Assembly: GCA_977030845.1 (NCBI GenBank)
Contig: OZ365116.1
Span: 20,398,001-20,462,000, forward strand
Reading direction: 5' to 3'
Source: Fimbriosthenelais zetlandica
Lineage: Eukaryota
Length of the DNA: 64,000 nt
The notes beneath the pieces are model-generated. The model had not been told where the DNA came from. It did no database searches and saw only the letters and a list, made by a program, of their open reading frames with translations. Shown piece after piece: positions 14,401 to 29,400 of this stretch (its first letter is position 1; every line of letters begins with the position of its first letter). The position numbers were made by a program, and so were the translations under genes.

Positions 14401-17400
14401 CACATAGATGGTGATGCTTACAATGCTTATGATCATCAAGCTGAATCCTTATTGAATCACGCTTAGGATGAGTCTCTAGTATTGTCATATACTGTAAGTA
14501 CTATATCCCAGGCATCTGCTTGAAATTCTCAATCCGATCCTCTTGGTTCGTTGAGTTGTATAAGCCCATATGCCCATGAATATATAATTTTATTAAACTA
14601 CATTGATGGTTATTATAATAGTGAAGGATTATCTGTGAGCTGTGATGTATGATATAGATCTATAAGAGCAACCAATGTGAGATGTCTGGCAGCAGGTCCA
14701 GTTAGTTCCTAAAGCCGCCAGACACGGCGCTGGTGGAGCTTAGAAGGAGAGCAGGGAGGAAGCATTGGTGTAGACCTGGTACAGTAGGAGGAGGCCTATC
14801 TGGACATGGTAGATGGTGGACCACTCTCTCTAACCTTCTCCTCTTCATCTTCTATATCTCCATTTCCCTTCAGTCTCTCCTCCATCCTCCCCTTTCTACA
14901 GCTACAACTATTATAGCCCAGGACTCAGGCTTATAGAGTCACTGACCTGCTCAGTGAGCATCTGCTGAGCAACTCTCCTATTAAACCTCACTCCTTGTTT
15001 ACCGCTCCATCCAAAGCACATGGATTTTCAATTAAGTTCTGCACCAGAAGGTGGGTATACATGCATTCACTCTGATGGAACTTGTTCTACTATAAGTGTA
15101 AAGTACCGAGTATTGGCAATATGTTCTATTTATCACTATTTTTATACTGGCTTGTCACCGTGTCAATAGATCTAGCAGGATATCAATAATGTTAATAATG
15201 TATATGAAAGCATACATCTTGTATTGGTACCGTTAGTGACAAGTGGTGTCTAGAGTTTCTAATGCTCTTGTAACCTAGACTAATCGACCCATGACCTCCA
15301 CCATGATCTATATGCTACATTACGTGGATCATGGTGACCAGTACATGAAGGTCTACCTCAGCTAGATCTCACCACCCATCATATTGATCACCTCACTAGA
15401 TTGCCTGTGATTATATACATTCCTCCCCTACTGGACACACCTGTCAGCCCAATGCCCTTGTAAGCCACTGGCTGATAATTAGACTCAGTTGCCTGGAAAG
15501 GCTGACTTGGCAACTTGACAGCTCCCAATATCTGATCCATGGCGGCTAAAACCAGGAAAACTTGTGTCTTTGTTCACTTGACGTGTGGATACCATGAGAC
15601 ATTGCTAATTTCACTTTCTATTATTGGCATTGAATGTCTGCCGCAGACGTATTTAACCTCCTCTATCTAAAAGGTGGGTCTTTCAATATGTCTTTCATGC
15701 AGTCTCGCCTCTGGTCCTCTGAGAAGATATTCATAATATTTCAATTACACTGCCGAGGGACCATTATTAAAAACAAGTAATAAATCGTATATGGACCCCT
15801 GGCTTTTTCATGTAATTGTATCCATACCAATGGCTCTGTACAAAATATTGAGGAAAGCTGAGACGTTAATAATAATAAAAAACGCCCCATCTTACCTCTC
15901 ATCTTACAGTAATTATTTCATATTGTGGCCCTTGACTGATGTGGATTGATGATGCTTTAATACCACTAATACGACCATGTCCTACATACTATACACTCCC
16001 CTCATTGTCTCGCCATAAATCGGCAGAAAATATCACTGTACAGAGATCTCAACATGAAAGCAGGCCCACTCATTATCTCTACAAAGCATTTTAATGTAGC
16101 TGGAATAGCCAGAAGGTATCTCTCTTCTCTCTGCTCCCATGTTGAGATGTGTCACATTGTTAAACCAATCAGAGAATGTCCCTGTTTACATCAAGGCCGG
16201 CTCTTTATCCCGCTGCTAATCCCTCACCAACACTGACATTCTCCTCTTGGATTTATATTCCTGAGGAGATTGAACTCCGGATGTGCCTGCAGTTAAAAAT
16301 GGTAAATGTGACAGAAATGTGACAAAAACATTCTTTTCATCTGTCCAGTCTTTCTCTATGACCTATTTCTGGGTGCTGTGAAGAGTTGTAACCATTTATA
16401 TTCAGACAGCAAAACATTTAGGAGAGTTTAAAAGGTTAGTGTCCAGAAATATTCACGGCTTTATATTCCTTCCTGTGCCTTTGTAATATCCAGACGAGGA
16501 GAAATTAGATTACAATAGATTACTGGCAGACAGATGATGAATGGATCCATGCCTGCTCTCAATTGATTTTGGATTGCGTTTTTGCAGATGAGAAATGTGG
16601 ATACAGGCAAGCTAGGTTAGAATGAGATGTATGTTTATGGAAGCTTGGCAGTTTGCAATGTCAGCTTATATCTTTGATGGTTCATACAGATCAATAAACA
16701 AGGCCTGTGTTCCACCTCTATTCTCCTTACTAAAGATAAGCTTCAAGAATAGATGTCTCTGAGCACTATGCTACCATCTTGTTAGGCTACATATCACAAG
16801 ACTTATATCAACCCAGCCCAAAATAGAACCTACATCACAAACAACCAAGTATGCTCCTCCTGAATTATGTATTTAATATGAGCTGTGGAGAATTAAAATG
16901 GTAATGATATCACAACGATGATTAAATCCAGGAATAAAGTTGCCATTTTGGGGATTGTTTATTAGTGACACTTTAAACCACATGTATGATTATTAATATA
17001 TATGTTCTATGAACATGGTCAGGGTATATATGAATTAAGGCCAGCTGTGGTACACGTACTATACGCACATACAGCTCCGAGCTTCTCTCTTATTGAAGAG
17101 TAGCGACTCACCTGGTTCAAAGGTCAGTCTTCCAATCACGTTCTCCCTGAGAGAGCCCCTCTCCATCTATGTCTCTGATCCCCCCTGAGTGGTCAAGCCA
17201 TCTTTAAAGGTTGGCCATGCCTTCATAAACCGTCCTGTATGACCTCAACATATTACCCCCTTAAAGGCTCTCATTTTATGGAAGTTAATTGTGGTTTCTT
17301 CAAGTTAATAAATGCTGTGTAACATTCCAAAACTGAAGTATATTTTCGGAACAGAGCCACCTTTAGTAATTATTTTAGTCCATTACTGGGTGTGTTTTTT

Positions 17401-20400
17401 TTGTAAGACTACCTTTTAGTGGTTGATTAATTGACTCCTTTCAATTAGTGTTGATGAGCTGCCAGCAACCTGCACCTGGTTCTTGCCTGAGTTCTTCTCA
17501 GGCTCGGAATTTTACAAATTTAAGACTTTGTTTGTTGTTTATTCTGGGCCATGCATCCAGCATATTGCCATCCTTAAGGATTTGCAAATTTTATTTACGA
17601 ATGAACAGCAAATGAATATCCGGAATTGGGCAAACTGAATATGGATTGTGGGAGGCAGACATTCCCAAGAGATTGCTTTCTTCATGTTGTCTGAGACGGA
17701 CTTGTGAATGTTTCAAACATGGCTGGCTTGAGGCGCGTGATAAAGCCAGTCTGCCAGGCTGAGGTTAATTTTCAAAAGCTGTTCCTCAGAGAAGAGAGTC
17801 AATAAAAAGATGCTGACTTCACTTAATGTAAAAGAAGGCTGGTCGTACCTGTCACTTGTGATAAGATAAAATAACACAATGCAAGGACTTAATGAATACT
17901 TCACCTGACTGAGACTACATCGCGTCCACATACGATCATAGCACTTATGTCCTTGTACATTAGTAACATCAGCCTGTACAATGCCCGGTGGACTCAGTAT
18001 GGCCAATTACAGCCGATTGCCAATGCTGATTACGCGGAGAAATCAGAGCTCCTCTCGCATACTGTGGGTAACTCAGCCTTTATTATTCATCCTCTGCGTG
18101 TGTGAACTCATCCCGCCTGATCACCCACTGAGATGAGGAAGAAGATTGCTTTGTTTCCCCAGGGATCACCCGATCATGAACGATTCCTTTACCTGAAGTC
18201 TGCAACCCACAACTTGATCCCCTCCTCATTCTCATCTCCAAGTCTCAAAGTCTCAATTTCATTTTACACAGTAAAAAAAAGCCTGCCTTTGATCCCTGGA
18301 TTTTAATGCAATTTTCTCATCTCAGAATAAAAGGTGCGTTGATAATGTACATGTGTGCAGCCTGCTCTTGCCCCTTCCAGCCATGTACATCTAATGTATA
18401 TCTTACATATACATGTTCCCCTCTTCACAGTGACTATGTCTCTCCTCTGGTGAGCCTTGTAAGCCAGCCTGTTCATTCTCCTACTTAACACCCAGCCTGG
18501 AACTATTCCAGCCTGTTATGTTGCTGTCATGTCTACCATTGGCTGAGGTATATACAGGAACAAGTCGTATAAGATACACTTTACAAGCCATATTTCTCCA
18601 CCACCAACTAATGCACCTCCAGCTCGCTAGCTCCACAGACCTCCATTACAAGTCCTGCCTTCTTTTTCTCCCTCTCTGGTAATTTTCTTCATTACCATTT
18701 GTCATGTTGCTCCGGTAGTTAATTAAAAGGTTTGGCAGGAATCCAGAGATTGACTAGTGTGCACAAGCATTTCTTGAAGAGGCCATGGAAAAGTCGTCTC
18801 GTATTGGAGACGGAATTTGTTCTGAGATGGTCTTTTTACCAGCTTGTTCGTGACTGGTGAAAAGAGGTATTTCTGATTCTCTAGATATGGGAAGATGAAG
18901 GAATCAGTAAGGCAGGATAATATGCTTGTAGCTCCTCAAACCTTGACAATCAGTCACAGTCCCTCTACATGGTTATCTCTAGCATGTCTCATGCTTAAAA
19001 CACGTCAGAGGAGACTGATTTCTATTTCGAAACTTAGATTATCTTACAAAATGATAATATCTTTAAGAAAGGCACACGAATCTAACCTTCTTTTCGTGAA
19101 AATTATCTAGTTTGAAACCAGATTTGAAACCAAAAGAATTTTCCATTCCTTATCAAGTTTTAAGCTGGTAGATTTCTTGATGCTCAGGCATCCATGTTGG
19201 TGTCATTATGAACAGTGCCTGGTGATGGGTTTTTCAATCCTGCTTCATTATGCCTTAAGTGTTTAAGTCCCTTAATCCTCGGAAAGTGATTTGGAATAAT
19301 GCACCGGCCCTAAGCTTCATTATGAGGAGAAAGCATCGTGAAAGAAACTTAATTTCTGATTCTGGAGGATAAAAATAATTCTTGTCAGTACTGCTGGAAT
19401 CAAATACCAGTTTCATCTTTGATGTTAATGATCGCTAATGCCATTATTTATAAACCTTGTGAACGAGAAAAATCCAATCAAATGACTTTTCCTTCAAAAG
19501 TCAACCCCATTGAAATGCCTCTTCCATATTCAAGCCGTGTGCCTCAGGCCGTACTTTCCGTGCAGAGAAGTGCAACCTCTTGTATTGATTTCCTTTGTTA
19601 AGCTTGATGTGAAAATGAACATGTAAATTTTTTGCCATAACAAATACTGAGGGTTTCAGAAAACCCATGTCACTATGAAGTACTGTGATGTCGACGTATC
19701 ACTGGTCGACTTTTTCCCCTCATCTACTCTCATATTTCATACGGCCCAGCTACCCCAGGCTCACATGTTGAGACTGTATTATGATGAGTATTGGCAAACA
19801 GATTTTTCTCTCTGCTCAGTGAATCGACATTGATGACGGATTTTGATCTGTGCCATATGTGTGAATCAATTTTATTGACGATTGATGCCATGAGCAATGC
19901 TCTCAGCGAGAGCTAAAACGCCTGAAGCCAGACAAGACCACATTAGATGAGAATACTATTTGTTACTCCCTCAGTCTATTCTTTACATTTACCCACACTT
20001 ATAGTAAATGGATCCTGAATATGTTTTAATCAGATTTTCTTACAGTTCCTGGGGCCTTGAATAGACTAACCCGAATTAAAGCAGCATTTTTATCCGGGAT
20101 ATATATAACCTTCACCTCTAGAATCTTTCATCATTTCTTGGGGATCCATATGTTTCTTTATATCTCCCTTAAATTAAGTACAATATTACTGTATGTTTTA
20201 CTGACTTTACCCATGGTTTTCCTTGCAGGAGAACCTGGCAAAGAAGCGGTCCCTGACCAAGCAGTCGACCATGCCCGAGCTGGCTGAGACTGTAGAGTCA
20301 GACACACCTAACACGCCATCATCCAGGCCAGGTGACTCCATGAATCACCACACAGACGGTCACCACACAGGAGGACTACCCCCTCCACTCCATCCTCCCG

Positions 20401-23400
20401 GCCCTCCACCTAGAGATGGTACCTCCCCGATGACGGCCGCCTCAGCCGCCGCCAACTCCGCTTTCCCCAGCCTTCCCGACGATACTCTCAAACAGCTTGG
20501 TCTCTACAGGGAGAAGGGAGATGCTGTCCAACTGTACGTATTAATCTATAACCGCGTGATTTATCACTGTTTTCAGCATGCTTGACCGCTCAGACCACGT
20601 GATATTGATATTGATAAATCACACTATACAACCATTCACCATCAGCTTCTCAGCGCGGTCAGTAGGTGGCAGCATTATTCTTCATCAACCATCCTCTGGC
20701 TTTTTCCCATCAAGAAGTCTGTCTGCCCTTTTAAGTCGAATGCCTTATTGGTCCTCAAGACTGAATCTAAATTAAATTAAATTCATGAAAAAAATGTTTA
20801 TTTGGTCATGTGAAGGGTTTACTTTGTGAACAATGATGATTTGAACGGAAATTATTGGCTCTCTAAACAGGGATTGCAATTTCACGTTTCCTTGGATTGC
20901 GGCAGCAAGAATATTTAATTGTTAAAAGTGCTTAGCAAGCATTTTATTTGGGTTGACGTTCCAGCATGTTTTATTTCATTTCCCAAATATGTAATAGTGC
21001 TGTGCTTGCAAAGACCTCCTTCAGCGACCTTCACTGAGTTGTAACGTTCAGAGTTTAATGTCCTTATTAAGCGATGCTCGAGGTGCCAGGTTAGTGTTGC
21101 TCTCAGATTAGTCTATCTAATCTTCATTAATCTATTCACTTCTTGGAGGCTCCTGTTTACAGCTGAGAGTGCTACACGCTTGGACAGATTCAATGAGACA
21201 CAACTTGATTAGTTACATTACCTGACTCTTAATTAGACCCATTATCTCAGCCCAGGTGGCCATGAAAAACACGCCTCATACCATCACTGCCCCGTGGGAT
21301 CCGCCCAATTATGCGTTAATGTTCTGCTGTGGCATGGGATGGCTAATCATTTTGATGAAATATAATTGATTTTCACTGACTCTAGGGCGGAATTGATGAG
21401 TTAAAAAAGCACACCAGACAAGCATATTAGCATCGTTCATGGGGTTCAAATCAATAACTGTGCTCAGTGGAGGTGAACTGGATGAACTGTGAATGCTACA
21501 TGATGAACTGGCTGCTAATAGCCCAGAGCTTTAATCAGGCCAATAGCTGATAAATCATCAGTTTAGATTTAGTCAGGGCAATAGCTGATAAATCATCAGC
21601 TGAGATTTAATCAGGCCAATAACCAATAAATAGATCAAATTTAGTCAGGGCAATAGCAGATAAATAATCTGTCCTAATTCAATATTGAAATATACCTGTG
21701 ACAGTTTCTTCCCTGTTCAGGGCATTGTCGAGAAGACATGATCCCTGCAACAATATTGTCAGTACATGTGCCTTGATATGGGTAATATATGAAGTTATTA
21801 TTTGACAAGGTCTTCATGTGGGTCAGCCATCATATATTATCATGAGTTTGCACCTCCGCGGGCCGTGGCTGTCATCCTTCCTCACACAATTACTTAGCTA
21901 TATGTGACATCCTGTCAGAAGCTTTGACTGTCTCGTCTGTACAGATTTCTCCTGAGCTTGCTACATCTGCGCAAATCCCCATCATACGGCCCGTCATGGC
22001 AGCCTCACACACTGCAGGCGAGAGAGTTTCCCTTTGTATATTTTTTATAGCCAAATTCCCCATTTCCACCCTCTGTAACTCATTATTGTCGTTCATCAAC
22101 AACAATCAATGTCTATATGGACGCTGTGTTTAGACGAGGAACGCAATGGATGCAAAATGATTACCAACGATGAATGCTTCTATTATCACAGACTGGAAAT
22201 ATTAAATAAATCTAATCAGTGTTCGGTCCAAGAGTGTCATATTCTTAAACAAAATGTTAGTGTTTTGTTTGAATAGGTAGAGGAGAAGGGATGTCTGCTA
22301 TAGTAGTCTTGATAATTAGCAGAAGACAAAGTCTATACCATCTGAAGTACATAGACAGGAAATTGCTGGTGGCAAATATCATTCCAGCAATACTTAATAT
22401 CTCAAAATTAATTACATCTTCGTCACCACTGTCATTTCCATTACTCAGCTTAATTGTTATTTTGGAATTGTCCCACAGTAATAGTTATGACAATAATGAT
22501 AAAAACATTATTGACAATATATGCGTCTGGTAGTATCATTGTCTGACAGGTGCAATGGTGGGAGATGACATCCCAGGACGAACTGTAATGATCCTAAATG
22601 AATTTATGTAAAATAATATGAAAGTTTGATTTGGATAATGGTGATTTACTGAGGGAATACGGCTCTGAGGCCTCTTACATTTGGTGTGTTTTATTGCCTT
22701 AAAGAGAGTCGATCAGTTTACCTAGGATGGTAATTTGTTCCCTTTGTAAATGCTCCCAACCTTTCAACTACCGTCTCTTTTCCTGCACTTCTGTTCCTTG
22801 TCTCTGTCCCTCTCTGTAGATCTTTATCTCCATTCTTCTTTCTTTTTCTCCACATTCATTACGCATCCACGCGATCATTTCTCCGTGCCCCTGTCTCCCC
22901 CCCCCCCCCCCTGACACTCCCCTGCTCCTTCACTGTCATTTCCCGCCCATTCCACACCATTTTCACCTCCTAAAAGCTCCTTTTTTTCCTCCTAACCCCT
23001 CACCTAGAGGCTCGGTGGCTGTGTGTCTCCACAAAGCCTATACTTCCCCTCTCCTCCATGTCTGGCCTTCCACTGCCCACCTGGTCTATGATAGAACCAA
23101 CCTTCTCACTGACCCTCTCATCCTCCCATCCTTCATCTCCAGCCCTCTCCATGCCACTCACACCCCGCCTGCAGGCTTCTACCAGAACTATCAGGCACTG
23201 CTGTAATCGAGGCCATCCTCCATGGCCTTTCTATACTAGAGCAGTTCAAAGAACATAGACATGCCTCTAGCCTGTGGATATACAATTACTAAAGACACCC
23301 CTCCCCATGCACTACTTGACCCCAATGCCATCGATTCTCCCTCTGCAGCTTTTTTGTGCCACAATATATCTTCAGATATGCAAGGGTGCTGAAATTATTT

Positions 23401-26400
23401 TCAGAATGAAGCATATTTCACAGGTACATAGAGTGAGTTATAGCAAGGCGAGTTGAGAGTGGCTGGCAATGCCTGGTGGCCAGTGCACCTGTGACCGTCA
23501 TCGTCTGAGGTATGGAGATGGTCATGAATGGCCTGGAGGAATCCCTGCTGATTTATACAGAAAAGCACGTGTCATCAGCTTTAATGCCACCATGAGGCAT
23601 TTGCCCACTTATCTTGCTTTGAAGGCTGCTGCGAGTGGCAGTGCCATGGCATGAGATGGCCCTGCCGTACCCCCATTGCCATAACTTAGACGAGTACTGT
23701 CTCCCAGCTATTTGTCTTCTGTGCTCACCAGTGCCCTTTTATCACACAAAGGCTACATTTTGCCGGTGATTTCACGTTTATCCACGTCTCTCACTCGTCC
23801 TCGAGGCTATTCCTCTTAGAACTTCTAAGACTACACGTGGAAACGTGCTTAAAATACTTGTTCTTGCTTAATGCGAGTTGCATATAATATGTAGAGAAGA
23901 CCCCCATTAATTTTAAGGGTGGCCTCTTTGCCAGCTGAGCCAGAGATATGATTGTATGTTGTGAGTGATGGAATTTAACGTGACAAGTGTATTCTTTTAG
24001 CTCGTTCTGGTATGTGAGCAGCTCAGACTGTGGTTTTTAGGCGTTATTGATCGCTGTCACACCTATTGTACATCCATGATGGGTGGATGTATAGCCTGGA
24101 CACCCACCAACACAGCTGCTTACATTCTATAATCTATATAGGAACAATACCTATTCTTAACCATGACGTGAATTACAGAAATAATGGGGATTGTAGATTA
24201 CGAGTTCAATAGCAATCATTCGACGCTGTTACAATTCTAGCAAACCCTATAGCGAATGAAATATTGATTTTCCTTTGTTTGCCTTTTTTCTTTTTGCTTT
24301 AGTGATGGAAATGAAAGGTAGGTTTTGAGTTTGCATGCAAAGCTTCACTCTATTCCGTTGAACTACCTCAATAACGAACAATTGCATGGCTTGATATTTT
24401 CTCCTTAGTAGCATTAGCATCCCATACCTTTAGTATACCACGTTAAGATGCTCCACACCAGCAGCTAATCTCAGCTGGAGAGTACCAGGGGAAATATGAC
24501 AACATCCTGCTGTAGGAAGTTTGTGAGTTTTTCACCTCAGTATTGATGACCTTTAAATCCCCCGGGATGGCATTATAAGATGTATGGTAGTGGAGCAGGT
24601 GGGAGGGTTGCTCTATTGGTCTGGATGTGAGAGGATTACCTGCTCCAGGCTCTATCTTACCATTACTCCTCACCTCTCACCCTCTATTGAATCAAAGGCT
24701 GACTTACAAGGCACTCCTATCCTCATTGCTTTGACGCCTTCAAGTTTTATTACCAGGCCTGTGCCTTCCTTCCTAACACTATGTTCCCTTACCCTCCATT
24801 GTCATCTCTCATAGCAAGTACTACATTTATAATAATGATCCATTCTTTCAGAATTCGCTTTGAGGAAAAGCTTGCGCTTCTCTTGATGATATTCCACTTA
24901 TTTAAGTACACACAGTAGACTCGAAAGAGAGGATAGTGGGGAGATGTGATAACTGATGTGCCTGTAGTACAGTAAAATGGCACTGACAATAAATATGTGT
25001 CGGCTTGTGTATTACATATTCATTTAGTGTGGAGCAGATGAGCAAATTTCATTAGGAGCATGGTGATTAATGGGTGGCTTACGTTCCGCGCTCCCGCCAG
25101 CACATCATCGTGCTCAGGCTTTTTATACCAGCTTCTCGTCACAGGGAGCTTTATTCATGTAGCATCACTGCCATGAGTTATACTGAAAAATTCCTTGTTC
25201 AACTACTGAACATACTTCATGGTATTTATAGGATTAAGCCTTTCACTGAGCGCTGTCAGCAAAGTAAAGATAATATGATGAAATATACAGAGGAACAATA
25301 AAAACAATGAGGTGTGTTTCCATAAAGTATATGTACATAATGAATGTATATAGCTCGACCATTTAGTGATTGCTTACATCCCAGACTGTGTTTAAGCACG
25401 TACTAAATATGTTCTCATACTGTGAGAATATGTATGTATCTGATCCATTTATGCAACCATGGGGAGACATTGATCTGATATCTCAAACAGCCCTGTATTC
25501 CCGTCTTCACAAAAGGACACTACAGCTTGATATTATACGTGCCTCTGGACATATTAATTTCCCTCCAGTTCCTATTTCCCCGGAGCTAACTGTCTTCCAC
25601 ACTGCTGTATCCGACATGGAAATCCTCATCATTCCTGGCCACAACTTTGCTACAATTTTCACTTTATTATTTTCGTCATCAGATGTCCTGTGCTCGTCAT
25701 GCAATGTTCCCTCTGTGTTCCATACTTGATGTCGCTGAGTATGGTGCTTACAATGCTGATGATGGCACATCTCATGCTAGCATCACTGTCTCCTTTGTAA
25801 CTTTAGTGGATTTTTTATGACATGTTTCGGGAGACTGAAGTCTGTTTAGCTTGTCAATAGACTTTGTGATGGGTGGAGGGATTAGCATGACTCGTGTGAT
25901 ATTTCCTCACCATGTGGCAGAGTAGACAGAATGTGAATGAGTTGATTGGTGATGAAGCCATCATACTGCTCCACGTCTGTCAGAATCCAGTCTCATTCAC
26001 ACCTCATGTCAGCTGTGCATCATTCAATGTATTGTAATCATACAAGTTTGAATCAAGTTCCCAACCAGTGTCCACTTGCTGATCAAATTAGAATGGTCAT
26101 TGAAATGTGTGGACTTCTGATATTTCTTTAGTATGGTAGAGTTTTCAATGACAGTCATGGTATTTTACTGGGACGTGCATGTGGTGGGGACACAATGAGA
26201 TGCCTACATTAAAGCCTGGGGCTTCTATAATACATGGCCTGTCCCTGAACAACAGATCACATTGTGCAGCAGATCCAGTGTTCTACGTTTTGATGAAGTA
26301 GGACCAGGTTTTATGAGTCAATAAGTAAGCCAGCCTCCTCCTGAAAACCATACTTTGTGGAAACTAGAGATTTTGTGGATGGAGACGCGGCTCGTGTTGA

Positions 26401-29400
26401 TGAGATATTTTGTCGTATCACATGAGACTAACCAGAAACTTGCACGTTTCTGCTTGAAACATTCATTTCCTTCCTACCAGCAATATGACCTGCTCTTTTT
26501 TGGACTCAATTTCAACCATACTGCCTTCTGCCACTCAGCTGGCGATCCAACTCAGTGTACATGCAATTAAATCCACCCTAAAGACCCCTGTCGGCCTATT
26601 CCCTTTGCCCTATTTTCCAAACTGATCTTTTTATGTTTTATCATTGTATGTTTGAAGGCCTATTTTTCTCATACATTCCTCATACATAATTATAAGTGGG
26701 ATATTGCTACAGTCAGTTGCTTCTCCAGTGCTCTTGTATAAGGAAGATCCTGATACTTTTCCGATAGTCACTAGAGATGCAGCATAACACTAATTGGTCG
26801 CTAGTTGAGGCACATATAGACCCACAGCACTGTTGAATTCAGTCTAGACACTATTAATAAGTGTTTTATATATCCTCACGTGTATTTGAGTGACATATAA
26901 TCATTAAATGAGAGAAGTGGTCAGTGAGAGCTTTAAGGGTGGGTGATGTCGGGCTGGTTCATACAGCCAGTGCTCCCCGCTTGTGGCACTCACTGTAACC
27001 GCAGCATCACCACTGACTGAGACTCTACCACTCCCCCCTCACTCCTCACTCCCGACACGGCAGTACAAGAGACAGCACCTGTCTCCACCAAGCCTCCTGG
27101 ACCTGCTAGGGTTCCCACAACACCCGGGAGGAGGAAAACCCTTAATAGTATCCCTTACTCTTTACTCGTCATATTTGCATGTACCGAGGGAGTGACGTTG
27201 GGAACTTGGAGAGTCAGTGACCCCTTCTGACAAGATTGCCAAGTTGGTGATGAACACTGGCTTGGCATTCTGCAATCAACCTTTCATGTGCTTATTAAGA
27301 AGGCTTCAAAGCCAGCCAGGAGGGTTGAGATTGAAGAGGGAGGTGGAGTGCATCATTACTCTACATGTAGCTGGACGCTGGTAAACAGAGAGGACACATT
27401 GCATGACCGTACTACTCTAAACAGTGTATTGAGCGGAATAGATACAATTAAGTCCATCACATGTGACGACTATATTGGCATTAAGACATGATGGATAGGG
27501 CCTACCCGCACACTAGACCTGATCTACTTTCTTATCAAATGAGCGACTGATTCTGATCGATGGATTGATGGATTGATTGGAAAATAAGCAAGGAATGGGA
27601 GCTCGGGTTTTGGCAGAGATGGCTCAGTCTGACGCCAGCTCATGATAGACAGCGATCTGAGGAAGAAGACAGGGTGATTTTCTCAGGAATATATTGTTGT
27701 TGCCACACCAAGTGATCGCTTGTAACCACGGCAGCTGCTGTTTCAGCTGTTGTTACTGCAGTCGTTACACGTTCAACATCATGGCAGCCTTTCATAAAGT
27801 AGTCTTGGAGGCTCTCAGGGCTAAAAGGTAAGATCAAAGACTCAACATCCACATTAGTCACCAAGCTCTGCATGTCTGAGTATACTAGCTTCTCAAACAG
27901 ATCTTGTGCAAAATTTATATATTCGGGAAGTCAAATCTGTTGATGGGAGCGAACTATGTCCTGTGTGGGCAATGATGTATGATTCTTCTGTAAACAATAT
28001 GAGTCGTTAATGGTATCTTCCTGACATGATGATGTTTACATCTGTTGTCATTTCCATGAAATCAAGGATGGTGTGACATGATAGCATTACATGATGATGT
28101 TTGTCATATAACATATAACAGGTATATAGTGTATCATGTATCAGTGACAGTGAGGAGTCATGTAGTCAAGCTGGGAGGTATAGCTGCCTTGTATAATCAT
28201 GATGTGAGGACCATGTTTAGTTGGCCACCACCTCGGACACTGATTGGTGTTGAAGTCACCATGACATGCGAGCCATTCACTGTAACATGATTCCTCCCTA
28301 TAGCTTTACAATTTCACCAGAAGACTAAAATTGAGAAGCTGTCAAAAATAGATTTAAAAACCTCTCTGGCAGGTTATTTTTCTCTCTTGGCATGTATAGC
28401 GTTCTCGGAGAGTGTCATGGATATTACACATATAAGTCGAAGAAAACAAATACATATTCCCAATCATATTCCCATAGAGGACTTTGGCCCCATGGCCCCA
28501 GGCATACGAAATAAAATCTCCAAATGGTAGTGGATAGTTGGCTTGTATCCAAGCATATATAGTTGCCATGGGAAGTTATATATACTGTAGAGATGCACTC
28601 ATTATGCCTTTAGCATGTGACACCCGGCACTGTTTATTTATATCACCACTTTACGCCCCTGTTTATTTCCTCACCATTGCTACATTGAGTATAGAGACAT
28701 CAGCACTATGATTACAGGCCTGCTGTGATTATCACTAATGAATCTGTTGACAGTATATATGGTGAGATAATGTGCTTATGCTACCTGCCTCCAAAGCCTT
28801 CATTTCCTCTGGAATTACTGGGAGGAATGCTTGGCTCCAGACCAAAAGCTACTGTCTGGATTAGGCAATGTTTTAGTTAATAAATGATAGTTTTATGGAA
28901 AGTAGAGTGGTGACCATGTGAGTCATGGTTTGGGAGGACTGTTGCCAGACAATCTGACCTTACTGACATATATACACCCACCACTATGACCCACTGCTCT
29001 CTCCACTCTATGGATTTTTAAACCACTCTGAATTAGAGAAGTGTTGCTGCTGAAAGTATTTTTCTTGCTGCAATTTGTCAGAGTGAAAAAGAGAAGTCCT
29101 GCCTGAAATTGACTAACAGGTTATGTAAGGTCTAGGTCTGATGTTGATTGCATATCCACCATTGAATTTCCGACAATTCGCTACGGGTAATTTGAGATAA
29201 CTTTCCATACAGTATATAGCAGTGATATTATGATGTCAGCCAAATGTAATTTCTGTATCATAATCAGTATGACACCCGTGCCCACTGCTAATAATGAACT
29301 GACAAATGTCATTTCAGGCTGCCCAAGCAATTACCAACGAATTACGTAGCAATAATCATGTCAGTCCCTGACACCTGTACATTGTACAATCTCACTATAT

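Noticed and set aside
28562-28575. X-box-like GTTGCCATGGGAAG
   Set aside because: Lies inside the Gypsy relic, far from any promoter evidence
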